This document shows positions 1-13,018 of a stretch of 64,000 bases of DNA, piece after piece (within the stretch, counting starts at the first letter, position 1; every line of letters begins with the position of its first letter). A program made the position numbers and the translations under genes. Source of the DNA: Octopus sinensis (Eukaryota); assembly GCF_006345805.1 (NCBI RefSeq), contig NC_043007.1, positions 54,188,001 through 54,252,000 of the forward strand, in the 5' to 3' direction. The notes under the pieces are model-generated. The model ran no database searches and had not been told where the DNA came from. It saw nothing but the letters and a program-made list of their open reading frames with translations.

Positions 1-712
1 TAAGAGAATTTTTGCTCAAAACAAAAAATACCCATCTCTACTTATAGAAAATGGCATACAGCGGGCTATAAAAATACCCATACAACAACTTAGGAAACCC
101 AGGGAGAGGAAAACAAGAACAAGTCATACCATTCATAGTGACACACAACCCATGTCACCAGATATCTTCAACATTGCCAAAGAAAACCTACCTATCATTG
201 CCCAAAGCAATGAATTAAAAGACATAATCACGGATCGAGCTATGGTGCTTAGTAAAAGACAGCCTAAAAACTTGAAAACATTACTAACAAAGCAAAATTG
301 ACCTTAGCAAAGACCAAACATTCACGGTATCTAAATGCAATGATAGCCGATGTGGCACATGCCAATTCATACATACCGGTCAATATATAACACAAAACCG
401 GGAAAATATTCACAAACGCGAATATGAACTGCAAAGCAGAAATTTAATTTACTGCATCAAATGCCCAAATTGTGAAGAAATATATGTAGGTCAGACGGGA
501 AAACGCACTATTAGAACGCTCACGGGTACACCGGCAACAGATTAGAGACCCAGAGGTCCGTCAGATACCTTTGAGTAACCACCTAGCAACATGTGGCCGG
601 AAAATGTATATAATATTTCCGTTCTACAAATTACACAGCCCAAGTGAAATCGAGAGGAGAATCAGAGAAAAGGATTTTATTGATAAATTCGAACCCAAGC
701 TAAATAAGCAAT
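1..712 (+). mobile_element. Penelope-like element (PLE) 3' end, frameshifted GIY-YIG endonuclease
   Basis: Reading across frameshifts gives CNDSRCGTC, then NLIYCIKCPNCEEIYVGQTG (GIY-YIG), then VHRQQIRDPEVRQIPLSNHLATC, then FYKLHSPSEIERRIREKDFIDKFEPKLNK. This is the typical PLE C-terminal linker plus endonuclease. Confidence 0.8.
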
Positions 713-1352
713 AATAATAATACTTAGAGGTACTACTTCCACTGCTACGACCATGACCACTAACAACAACAACAATACTAAAGGTGATCAAGATGAAGAT
801 AGCAGGAAAATTATCTTATTTAGGGATAAAAGTTCTATTGCCACCACCATTACCACTAGCAACAATAATTAAGGTGCTGACAATGATGATGATGACAATT
901 GAAATATAAAAATATAAAAATCTCTGACAAAGGATATTTACAACATTTCTAAAAATAACCCAACAATTGCTGCTTCGGCCAGTTAACAAGAATTGTATTG
1001 GCATTTATACATTTAGGCAGGTTTAAAGGGGTGGTGGTGGGGGACTTTTTGGGGGTAGGCATAGCGCAAAGAAATCATACTTGGGGGAGTGGTCAAGGAG
1101 TCAGTGGTAAATTAGATAGAAGAATAAATAAAAGAATAAAAAAAGGGGAATAAAAAATATATATATAGAAGAATAGAGTTTTAGGTAAATAAGGAAATTC
1201 TCACTTATACCTATACACATATGTATACATATATACACACACACATATACATACACACATACATACACACACACCCATAATAATATATATATATATATAT
1301 ATAATACACACAACATATACCATACATATGTCTACATATACATATATATATA

Positions 1353-1452
1353 NNNNNNNNNNNNNNNNNNNNNNNNNNNNNNNNNNNNNNNNNNNNNNNN
1401 NNNNNNNNNNNNNNNNNNNNNNNNNNNNNNNNNNNNNNNNNNNNNNNNNNNN
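1353..1452. other. Assembly gap (100 N)
   Basis: Run of N. The true gap size is unknown. Confidence 0.99.
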
Positions 1453-1690
1453 TCCGCTTTCCGCGCTAGCACGGGTTGGACGGTTTGACCTGACCCGGTC
1501 TGGGAAGCCAGGGGCCGCTCCAGGCTCCAGTCTGAATCTGGCAGAGTTGCTACGGCTGGATGCCCTTCCTAACGCCAACCACTCCGTGAGTGATTGGGTG
1601 CTTTTTACGTGCCCCTGCACAGGGGCCGGAGGGTCCGGCATCGTCACGATCGGATTCGAGCATTTTAACGTGTCAGCGGCACGGGGGCAA
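1453..1690 (-). mobile_element. RTE-LINE 3'UTR-derived repeat
   Basis: Contains ggctggatgcccttcctaacgccaaccactcc, the reverse complement of the RTE 3'UTR at 47600-47789. Confidence 0.75.
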
Positions 1691-1696
1691 CGAGGT

Positions 1697-2140
1697 CCGG
1701 GGTACTTTGGGGATTGGGGTATTTTGGGGATCCGGGGTACTTTGGGGATCCGGGGTACTTAGAATGGGTAGGGGGGTACTTAGAATGGTTAGGTGACGAG
1801 GCGGGAGGGTACTAAAGGGGATGGTCGGATGTGAGGCATGTCAGGAGGAAGCGTAAGATCGGTGGGCAGTTGATGAGCTATGGCGCTAGCAGCTTGTCTT
1901 AAGCATATGAGGAGAAGTTGGTAGTGGGAGGAGGAGGAGGGAGTAGGCGTACCCAGTGTAGATGAGTAAGGTGTATCCGGTGTAGATAGAGAGAACGGGG
2001 TATACTGGTATTGGTGGTGGGGGGGGTGAACAGTGTTCAACGGTATTGGTGGTGGGGGTGAGAACAGTGTTCAACGGTATTGGTGTGGGGGTGAGAACAT
2101 GTTTCAACGGTATTGGTGGTGGGGGGGCGGGCGCACCGCC
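1697..2140. repeat. G-rich minisatellites
   Basis: ccggggtactttggggat about 3 times, ggggtacttagaatgg twice, and a ~34-bp unit cggtattggtggtggggg(t)gagaacagtgttcaa about 4 times, ending in gggcgcaccgc. Confidence 0.8.
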
Positions 2141-2410
2141 AATGACTGAAAGATGGGAAAAAGATGGGATTACGGCTTGAGGCAGCCTGCGGTTAAATAT
2201 TGTAGAGAGAGAGATAGGAAGATAAATCATTTATGGCGAAGGCTTGAAAGTATCTAAAAAAGGTTAATTTTCGTAACAGTGTATGAATAAACGTATTAAC
2301 AACGAATAAAAAATATAGTAAGATAAATTTTTTAAGAACTTGCTGCGGTCATCGAGCGGGAGTTGAAATTGAAGAAGAAAGTAAGTTGAACTGGGAATTT
2401 AAATTGCAGA

Positions 2411-2422
2411 AATATATATATA

Positions 2423-2463
<41 letters not shown>

Positions 2464-2472
2464 ATATATATA

Positions 2473-2514
<42 letters not shown>

Positions 2515-2591
2515 TGTATATATATATAATATATATATAGATGTATATATATACATCTATATATATATAGATGTATATATATATACATCTA

Positions 2592-2634
<43 letters not shown>

Positions 2635-2926
2635 TATATATATATATACATCTATATATATATATATTATATATAACATCTATATATATATATATATATA
2701 TATACATCTATATATATATACATCTATATATATATTATATATATATATATATATATACATCTCTATATATCTATAATATATATATATAATATATATATAA
2801 TATACATCTATATATATATTATATAATATATATATATATATAATATATACATCTATATATATATATATATTACATCTATATATATATATATATATATACA
2901 TCTATATATATATATATATATATACA

Positions 2927-2978
<52 letters not shown>

Positions 2979-3048
2979 TATATATATATATCTATATATA
3001 TATATATATATACATACATCTATATATATATATATATATATACATACA

Positions 3049-3082
<34 letters not shown>

Positions 3083-3084
3083 CA

Positions 3085-3142
<58 letters not shown>

Positions 3143-3266
3143 TATATATATATATATATATATATATACATCTATATATTATATATATATATATACATCT
3201 ATTATATATAGATATATATATGTATACATCTATATATGTATATATATATATATATATACACATACA

Positions 3267-3306
<40 letters not shown>

Positions 3307-3336
3307 TATTATATATAGATATATATATATATCATC

Positions 3337-3367
<31 letters not shown>

Positions 3368-3400
3368 ATCTATATAATATATATATATATATATACATAC
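2411..3400. repeat. (TA)n microsatellite punctuated by TACATC/GATGTA
   Basis: Seen directly in the sequence. Confidence 0.95.
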
Positions 3401-3660
3401 ATCATCATCATCATCATCATCACATCATCGTTTAACGTCCGTTTCCCGCGCTAGCACGGTTTGGACGTTTCGACCGGGGTCTGGGGAGCTCGGGACTGCC
3501 CCAGGCTCCAGTCTAGTCTGGCAGTGTTTCTACAGCTGGATGCCCTTCCTAACGCCAACCACTCCGCGAGTGTAGTGGGTGTTTTTTACGTGCCACCTGC
3601 ACAGGTGCCAGAGGGGTCTGGCATCGGCCACGTTCGGATGGTGCTTTTTTATGGTGGGGG
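3400..3660 (-). mobile_element. RTE-LINE 3'UTR/tail repeat
   Basis: (CAT)n followed by gtttaacgtccg...ggatgcccttcctaacgccaaccac...gtgctttt. Homologous to the RTE 3' end at 47400-47789. Confidence 0.8.
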
Positions 3661-3905
3661 GGTGCAGAAATATAGGGGAGCACCAGTGGGGAGGGTGGTT
3701 CAGAGAAAATGACAGGTTCTAGGCAACAATAGAACGTAGGATATCGAGAGAGGGGTAATGCATGGTGAAATAGCGTATTGAAGAGGGGGGTTCCGAAGAG
3801 TAGACACACCTATAATGGTGGTGGGAGAAGCGACATCCGGTATAGATGGAGCAAAATATAGAGATATCCGGTATTGATGGTGGGGGTGGGCAGGGTGGGT
3901 GCACC

Positions 3906-4077
3906 GCGAAGATACGAAGTTTGATTTTAGACGAATGAAGATAGATAGAGAAATTAGATAGATAGAGAAATTTGATAAATAGTTAGACAGATAGAGAAAC
4001 ATAAATAAATGGTAACTGAAGTGAAAATTAAGCATTCAACTTATCTGCACTCAGGACTACAGCTTGGAGATGAATGA

Positions 4078-4109
<32 letters not shown>

Positions 4110-4696
4110 ACATGTGTATTAGAGGGGACATACTTCAAGATGGCGCGAAGATACGAAGTTTGATTTTAGACGAATGAAGATAGATAGATAGATAGAGAAA
4201 TTTGATAAATAGTTAGACAGATAGAGAAACATAAATAAATGGTAACCGAAGTGAAATTAGCATTCACTTATCTGCACTCAGGACTACAGCTTGGAGATGA
4301 ATGAGAGAGTGAGAGAGAGAGAGAGAACATGTGTATTAGAGGGGACATACTTCAAGATGGCGCGAAGATACGAAGTTTGATTTTAGACGAATGAAGATAG
4401 ATAGATAGATAGAGAAATTAGATAGATAGAGAAATTTGATAAATAGTTAGACAGATAGAGAAACATAAATAAATGGTAACCGAAGTGAAAATTAAGCATT
4501 CAACTTATCTGCACTCAGGACTACAGCTTGTAGATGAATGAGAGAGTGAGAGAGAGAGAGAGAGAACATATGTGTATTAGAGGGGACATACTTCAAGATG
4601 GCGCGAAGATACGAAGTTTGATTTTAGACGAATGAAGATAGATAGATAGATAGATAGAGAAATTTGATAAATAGTTAGACAGATAGAGAAACATAA
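3906..4696. repeat. Tandem repeat, 217-241 bp unit, about 3.4 copies
   Basis: The unit start gcgaagatacgaagtttgattttagacg recurs near 3906, 4145, 4362 and 4603. Length differences lie in the GATA and GA tracts. Confidence 0.9.
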
Positions 4697-4767
4697 GAGG
4701 GAGTATCCGGCGTAGATGGTGAGAACAGTGTTCACCGGTATTGGTGGTGGGGGAGGGAGGGCGGGCG

Positions 4768-7700
4768 CACCGCGCATTGGGAGAAGATGGGGTTTTAGGC
4801 GGCAGAAAGAAGACAGGATTGAGATGAAATGCTTTGCGGTGGTGTGAATAAGTTTTTGTGAGTGAAAGTTTTTATGCTTCAGCTAGCATTTGAGACGAAA
4901 GACAACGATATGGGAATACAATAACAATAAGGCTTGCAAAAACAATGAAAAGAGGAAAAGGTCGGGAACTTAGCTGATGTTTTTCATCCTGCGGTATTGG
5001 CTAAGCCTGTGAAAGCGAGTGAAGGTGAGATATATACCGAGAGAGAGAGAGAGAGACAGTGAAAACAGAGGGAGAACCGACACCACATAGCGAGAGAGAG
5101 AGAGACATAGTACAAACACCGCGCATTGGGAGAAGATGGGGTTTTAGGCAGCAGAAAGAACAGGATTGAGATGAAATGCTTTGCGGTGGTGTGAATAAGT
5201 TTTGTGAGTGAAGTTTTTATGCTTCAGCTAGCATATGAGACGAAAGACAACGATATGGGAATACAATAACAATAAGGCTTGCAAAAACAATGAAAAGAGG
5301 AAACAGGTCGGGAACTTAGCTGATGTTTTTCATCCTGCGGTATTGGCTAAGCCTGTGAAAGCGAGTGAAGGTGAGATATATACCGAGAGAGAGAGAGAGA
5401 GAGACAGTGAAAACAGAGGGAGAACCGACACCATAGCGAGAGAGAGAGAGCATAGTGACACCGCGCATTGGAGAAGATGGGGTTTTAGGCGGCAGAAAGA
5501 AGACAGGATTGAGATGAAATGCTTTGCGGTGGTGTGAATAAGTTTTTGTGAGTGAAAGTTTTTATGCTTCATCAGCTAGCATTTGAGACGAAAGACAACG
5601 ATATGGGAATACAATAACAATAAGGCTTGCAAAAACAATGAAAGAGGAAACAGGTCGGGAACTTAGCTGATGTTTTTCATCCTGCGGTATTGGCTAAGCC
5701 TGTGAAAGCGAGTGAAGGTGAGATATATACCGAGAGAGAGAGAGAGAGAGAGACAGTGAAAACAGAGGAGAACCGACACAACCACATAGCGAGAGAGAGA
5801 GAGACATAGTGACAAGACCCGCGCATTGGGAGAAGATGGGGTTTTAGGCGCAGAAAGAAGACAGGATTGAGATGAAATGCTTTGCGGTGGTGTGAATAGT
5901 TTTTGTGAGTGAAAGTTTTTATGCTTCAGCTAGCATTTGAGACGAAAGACAACGATATGGGAATACAATAACAATAAGGCTTGCAAAAACAATGAAAAGA
6001 GGAAAAGGTCGGGAACTTAGCTGATGTTTTCATCCTGCGGTATTGGCTAAGCCTGTGAAAGCGAGTGAAGGTGAGATATATACCGAGAAGAGAGAGAGAG
6101 AGAGAGACAGTGAAAACAGAGGGAGAACCGACACCACATAGCGAGAGAGAGAGAGACATAGTGACACCGCGCATTGGGAGAAGATGGGGTTTTAGGCGGC
6201 AGAAAGAAGACAGGATTGAGATGAAATGCTTTGCGGTGGTGTGAATAAGTTTTTGTGAGTGAAAGTTTTTATGCTTCAGCTAGCATTTGAGACGAAAGAC
6301 AACGATATGGGAATACAATAACAATAAGGCTTGCAAAAACAATGAAAAGAGGAAACAGGTCGGGAACTTAGCTGATGTTTTTCATCATCCTGCGTATTGG
6401 CTAAGCCTGTGAAAGCGAGTGAAGGTGAGATATATACCGAGAGGAGAGAGAGAGAGACAGTGAAAACAGAGGGAGAACCGACACCACATACGAGAGAGAG
6501 AGAAATAGTGACAACACACCGCGCATTGGGAAGATGGGGTTTTAGGCGGCAGAAAGAAGACAGGATTGAGATGAAATGCTTTGCGGTGGTGTGAATAAGT
6601 TTTTGTGAGTGAAAGTTTTTATGCTTCAGCTAGCATTTGAGACGAAAGACAACGATATGGGAATACAATACAATAAGGCTTGCAAAAACAGAAAAGAGGA
6701 AACAGGTCGGAACTTAGCTGATGTTTTCATCCTGCGGTATTGGCTAAGCCTGTGAAAGCGAGTGAAGTGAGATTATACCGAGAGAGAGAGAGGAGAGAGA
6801 AGAGAGAGACAGTGAAAACAGAGGGAGAACCGACACCACATAGCGAGAGAGAGAGAGACATAGTGACACCGCCGCGCATTGGGAGAAGATGGGGTTTTAG
6901 GCGGCAGAAAGAAGACAGGATTGAGATGAAATGCTTTGCGGTGTGTGAATAAGTTTTTGTGAGTGAAAGTTTTTTGCTTCAGCTAGCATTTGAGACGAAA
7001 GACAACGATATGGGAATACAATAACAATAAGGCTTGCAAAAACAATGAAAAGAGGAAACAGGTCGGGAACTTAGCTGATGTTTTTCATCCTGCGGTATTG
7101 GCTAAGCCTGTGAAAGCGAGTGAAGGTGAGATATATACCGAGAGAGAGAGAGAGAGAGACAGTGAAAACAGAGGGAGAACCGACACCACATAGCGAGAGA
7201 GAGAGAGACATAGTGACACCGCGCATTGGGAGAGATGGGGTTTTAGGCGAGCAGAAAGAAGACAGGATTGAGATGAAATGCTTTGCGGTGGTGTGAATAA
7301 GTTTTTGTGAGTGAAAGTTTTTATGCTTCAGCTAGCATTTGAGACGAAAGACAACGATATGGGAATACAATAACAATAAGGCTTGCAAAAACAATGAAAA
7401 GAGGAACAGGTCGGGAACTTAGCTGATGTTTTTCATCCTGCGGTATTGGCTAAGCCTGTGAAAGCGAGTGAAGGTGAGATATATACCGAGAGAGAGAGAG
7501 AGAGACAGTGAAAACAGAGGGAGAACCGACACCACATAGCGAGAGAGAGAGAGACATAGTGACACCGCGCATTGGGAGAAGATGGGGTTTTAGGCGGCAG
7601 AAAGAAGACAGGATTGAGATGAAATGCTTTGCGGTGGTGTGAATAAGTTTTTGTGAGTGAAAGTTTTTATGCTTCAGCTAGCATTTGAGACGAAAGACAA

Positions 7701-9106
7701 CGATATGGGAATACAATAACAATAAGGCTTGCAAAAACAATGAAAAGAGGAAACAGGTCGGGAACTTAGCTGATGTTTTTCATCCTGCGGTATTGGCTAA
7801 GCCTGTGAAAGCGAGTGAAGGTGAGATATATACCGAGAGAGAGAGAGAGAGAGAGACAGTGAAAACAGAGGGAGAACCGACACCACATAGCGAGAGAGAG
7901 AGAGACATAGTGACACCGCGCATTGGGAGAAGATGGGGTTTTAGGCGGCAGAAAGGAACAGGATTGAGATGAAATGCTTTGCGGTGGTGTGAATAAGTTT
8001 TTGTGAGTGAAAGTTTTTATGCTTCAGCTAGCATTTGAGACGAAAGACAACGATATGGGAATACAATAACAATAAGGCTTGCAAAAACAATGAAAAGAGG
8101 AAAAGGTCGGGAACTTAGCTGATGTTTTTCATCCTGCGGTATTGGCTAAGCCTGTGAAAGCGAGTGAAGGTGAGATATATACCGAGAGAGAGAGAGAGAG
8201 AGACAGTGAAAACAGAGGGAGAACCGACACCACATAGCGAGAGAGAGAGAGACATAGTGACACCGCGCATTGGGAAGAAGATGGGTTTTAGGCGGCAGAA
8301 AGAACAGGATTGAGATGAAATGCTTTGCGGTGGTGTGAATAAGTTTTTGTGAGTGAAAGTTTTTATGCTTCAGCTAGCATTTGAGACGAAAGACAACGAT
8401 ATGGGAATACAATAACAATAAGGCTTGCAAAAACAATGAAAAGAGGAAACAGGTCGGGAACTTAGCTGATGTTTTTCATCCTGCGGTATTGGCTAAGCCT
8501 GTGAAAGCGAGTGAAGGTGAGATATATACCGAGAGAGAGAGAGAGAGAGACAGTGAAAACAGAGGGAGAACCGACACCACATAGCGAGAGAGAGAGAGAC
8601 ATAGTGACACCGCGCATTGGGAGAAGATGGGGTTTTAGGCGGCAGAAAGAAGACAGGATTGAGATGAAATGCTTTGCGGTGGTGTGAATAAGTTTTTGTG
8701 AGTGAAAGTTTTTATGCTTCAGCTAGCATTTGAGACGAAAGACAACGATATGGGAATACAATAACAATAAGGCTTGCAAAAACAATGAAAAGAGGAAACA
8801 GGTCGGGAACTTAGCTGATGTTTTTCATCCTGCGGTATTGGCTAAGCCTGTGAAAGCGAGTGAAGGTGAGATATATACCGAGAGAGAGAGAGAGAGAGAC
8901 AGTGAAAACAGAGGGAGAACCGACACCACATAGCGAGAGAGAGAGAGACATAGTGACACCGCGCATTGGGAGAAGATGGGTTTTAGGCGGCAGAAAGAAG
9001 ACAGGATTGAGATGAAATGCTTTGCGGTGGTGTGAATAAGTTTTTGTGAGTGAAAGTTTTTATGCTTCAGCTAGCATTTGAGACGAAAGACAACGATATG
9101 GGAATA
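4768..9106. repeat. Satellite-like tandem array, ~349 bp unit, about 12.4 copies
   Basis: caccgcgcattgggagaagatgggg recurs about every 349 bp. Identical ORFs at 8381 and 8730 are exactly 349 bp apart. Copies are nearly identical. Confidence 0.95.
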
Positions 9107-9144
9107 TATACATACATCTATATATATATATATATACACATACA

Positions 9145-9199
<55 letters not shown>

Positions 9200-9290
9200 C
9201 ACATCTATATATATATATATATTATATATATATACATATATATATATATACATACATCTATATATATATATATATATATATATACATACA

Positions 9291-9334
<44 letters not shown>

Positions 9335-9336
9335 CA

Positions 9337-9382
<46 letters not shown>

Positions 9383-9966
9383 CATCTACATATATATATA
9401 TATATATACATACATCTACATATATATATATATATATACATACATCTACATATATATATATATACATACATCTACATATATATATATATATATACATACA
9501 TCTACATATATATATATATATATATATACATCTCTATATATATATATATATATATACATCTCTATATATATATATATATATATATAATCTATATATATAT
9601 ATACATCTATATATATATAATATATATATTATATACATCTATACATATATACATATATATATATACATATATACATCTATATATATATATATATGTATAA
9701 TATGTACATCTATATATATATACATATGTATATATGTACATCTATATATATATACATATATATTATATTATGTACATCTATATATATATACATATATATA
9801 TATATATGTACATCTATATATATATACATATATACATCTATATATATATATATATATACATCTATATGTACATCTATATATATACATATATACATCTATA
9901 TATATACATATATACATCTATATATATATATATATATATATACATCTATATATATATATATATACA

Positions 9967-10002
<36 letters not shown>

Positions 10003-10122
10003 CTATATATTATATATATTAATATATATATATCTATATATATATATATATATATATATATTATCTATATTATATATATATCTATATATACATATATATT
10101 ATATATCTATATATTATATATA

Positions 10123-10180
<58 letters not shown>
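9107..10180. repeat. (TA)n/TACATC microsatellite
   Basis: Seen directly. Same motif class as 2411-3400. Confidence 0.95.
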
Positions 10181-10329
10181 GGAAATTTAGATTTAAAATA
10201 AGGGTGTAAAATTGAATATTAATTTCATTTGTATGAATTGAAAACCAGTGGTGTAGCATATAAGGCCAAGGTGGATCTTCTTCTAGCAGAATGGATATCC
10301 AGTTACAGTTCATCCCTGTTATATAATAG

Positions 10330-10562
10330 TTTCATTTTAATAGTTTCTGTATTAAAGTGAAAGTATCTGACATTACAATAGAGAGATGTTTTTCTCTAAC
10401 TTTTGATATGTAATACTGAAATAGTGGAGAAGATATGATATTGCTTTGGGCTCGCCCTATGCAAGAAGTAAGGCATGTGTAAAATTTGAATGAAATTGGT
10501 TTTGTAGTTCTCAAGTTTTAGGGATTCACACAGACAGACACACATTCTCAGTTTTATATATA
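10330..10562 (-). mobile_element. Helitron-type 5' terminal fragment
   Basis: The reverse complement tatataaaactgagaatgtgtgtctgtctgtgtg...taaaacttgagaactac..ccaatttcattcaaatttt resembles the Helitron 5' end at 30674. Confidence 0.5.
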
Positions 10563-11827
10563 CGAGGGGCGTTCAATAAGTAATGCCCCTGACCCACTTC
10601 CCATAGCAGTAGAGCAACGAAATTTAGCACAGTTATTAGTCTTTTTCTACATAGGAACCACCCAGAGTTACGCATTTCTCCCATCATTTGATGCAGCTCT
10701 GGAGACCGTTTTTGTAGAAGACCCCAGCTTGGTCCTCCAACAACGACGTGACTTCAGAAATCAAGGCTGCATCATCTGGGAAACGCTTTCCTTTCAAAAA
10801 CAACTTCATGGCTGGGAAGAGGTGAAAATCAGAGGGTGCAAGGTCAGGAGAGTAGGGGGATGGAGGAGGAGTTCATAGCCACACGCCTGTGCTTCTGATC
10901 TAGCGACACGCGAGTTGTGGACTGGAGCGTTGTCCTGCAGGAGGAGGATGCCTTTGCTGATCTTGCCCCACCTCTTGATTTTGATAGCTTCTCTTAATTT
11001 CTTCAAAAGTGAAGCATAATAGGCTCCTGTAATTGTGGTACCCTTTGCCAGGAAATCTGTCATCACTACTCCGTCCTGGTCCCAGAAGACTGTGAGCATG
11101 ACCTTGCCAGCGGAGAGCTACACCCTTGCCTTCTTTGGAGGAGGTGAGTCACGGTGCTTCCACTGCATTGAGTGGGCTTTGGTCTCTGGATCATAGTGAT
11201 GGACCCAGGTTTCATCCTGTGTAATCAGTCTTTTGAAAAATTTTGACTCATCTTCTTGGCACATCTCCAAATTCATCCTCGAGCACTTGACGCGTTCTTG
11301 CTTCTGGAAAGGTGCGAGCAGCCTGGGAATCCATCTGGCAGACACCTTTTGCATATGCAAATGGTCATGAATGATAGTTTCCACAGACCCGGTACTAATC
11401 TTGACCTCATGGGCTATTTGGCGAATTGTTATGCGTCGATCTTCCAAAATGGCAGCTTCAACTTGACGGGCAGATGCCTCATCAATGGCAGAAGGGGGTT
11501 GACCAGATCTGGGAGCTGTTTCCACAGAGTTCTGACCATGTTTGAATTCACGATGCCAGCGTTTTACAAGGTCATATGATGGGGCATCATCACCATAAGT
11601 TACTTTCATTTCATCAAAAGTCTCCCGTGGTGTGCGTCCTTTCAAATACAAAAACCTGATCACTGCTCGACACTCAACAGGCTCCATTTCACACTTGACT
11701 CAGTTCAAACACCTGTAAATCAGAAACCACAATCAGTTCAGAGATATAAATAATTGCACATGCAAAATTTCAGCTAGATCAAACAACTGCAAGTGGGTCA
11801 GGGGGATTACTTATTGAACGTCCCTCA
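10563..11827 (-). mobile_element. Full-length mariner element, frameshifted transposase
   Basis: TIRs cgaggggcgttcaataagtaatgcccctgacccactt / aagtgggtcagggggattacttattgaacgtccctca, flanked by TA. ORFs 11118-11687 and 10806-11099 contain WIPRLL, TQDETWVHHYDPE and LLQDNAPVH, with SPDLAPSDFHLF in a shifted frame. Confidence 0.93.
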
Positions 11828-11837
11828 TATATATATA

Positions 11838-13010
11838 CACCATCATCATCATTTAACGTCTATTGTTCTGCACCAGACTCCAGTCTGGTTTGGCATGGTT
11901 ACTATTGCTGATGCCCTTCATAATGCCAACTACTCCAAGAGTGTCATGGGTGCTTTAAGGTGCCATTTGCATAACATCAGTATCTGCCAGAACTACCATT
12001 TTACTTGGCTTGATGGGTTTTCTTCTCAAGCATGGCATAATGGCAAAGGTTTCAGTCATTCATCATTGCCTCCACTAGGCCCAACATTCAAAAGGTGCTT
12101 GTCATGTGCTACTGGCATCACCTACCTTGCCTCCATGAAGCTCAACATTCAAAGGGTACTTTTTATGTGCCACTAGCCTGGGTGCCAGTTATGTGACACT
12201 AACATTGGCTACAACTACAATTTCATTTGGCCAGATGGGTCTTCTCAAGCACAGCGTATCGCCAATGGAGTCGGTCACTAGTGATCACCTCTGTGAGGCC
12301 CAACGTTCGAAGATCATGCTTCACCACCCCATACCATGTCTTCCTGGGTCTACCTCTACCACAGGTTCCTTCCACTGTTAGAGATTTACACTTCTTCACA
12401 CAGCTATCCTTGTCCATATGCATCAAATGACCATATCAGCACAGTCATCTCTCTTGCACACCACAGCTGATGCTTCTTATGCTCAACTTTTCTCTCAAGA
12501 TGCTTACACTCTGTTGATCATGCACACTGACACTGCACATTCAGCAAAGCATACTGGTTTCATTTCTTTGAAGCCTACACACGTCCTCAGCTGTCACAGT
12601 CAATGATTCACTGTCATGTAGCATAGTTGTTCACACACAGGTATCGTACAATCTGCCTTTCACTCTGAAGGAGAGGCCTTTTGTTGCCAGCAGAGGGAGA
12701 TCTGAACTTTACCCAGCCTATTCATATTCTTGTAGCTATACTCTCAGAGCATCCACCTCTGCTACTAACTTAGTCACCTAGATAACGAAGGTATCTACTA
12801 TCTCTAGCTTATCCCCCTGGCATTTGATGGAGTCTATTTTCCATACATTTTCGGTGTTTATTGTACCTGTGCATCTTCCACACACAAAAGCTATTTTCCA
12901 GTTAACCTTCCTCTGATATTGTTGCACTTCTTATGTGTCCATAGCTTACACCAAGTACATCTTATGGAGTTTCTACTTACTCCTTTTCTACAGATTCAGC
13001 AAGGGCTTCT
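11838..13010 (-). mobile_element. RTE-type LINE 3' fragment (decayed)
   Basis: ORF 12223-12426 (VEGTCGRGRPRKTW..VVKHDLRTLGL) matches the C-terminus of the LINE at 46065. (CAT)n tail at about 11840. Confidence 0.85.
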
Positions 13011-13018
13011 ACATATAT

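Noticed and set aside
2332-3454. Many YIYI-rich ORFs (also 9050-10201, 28282-29009)
   Set aside because: Translations of TA and GT microsatellites.
5235-8933. Repeated [14 protein letters not shown] ORFs as a tandem gene family
   Set aside because: They are satellite units. Most start at a non-ATG codon, the frame varies with GA tract length, and there is no recognisable domain.
4768-9106. CRISPR-like array, or HDV/hammerhead ribozyme in the 349-bp unit
   Set aside because: There are no variable spacers and the context is eukaryotic. The CTGATGT and TCCTGCG motifs lack the required flanking stems.
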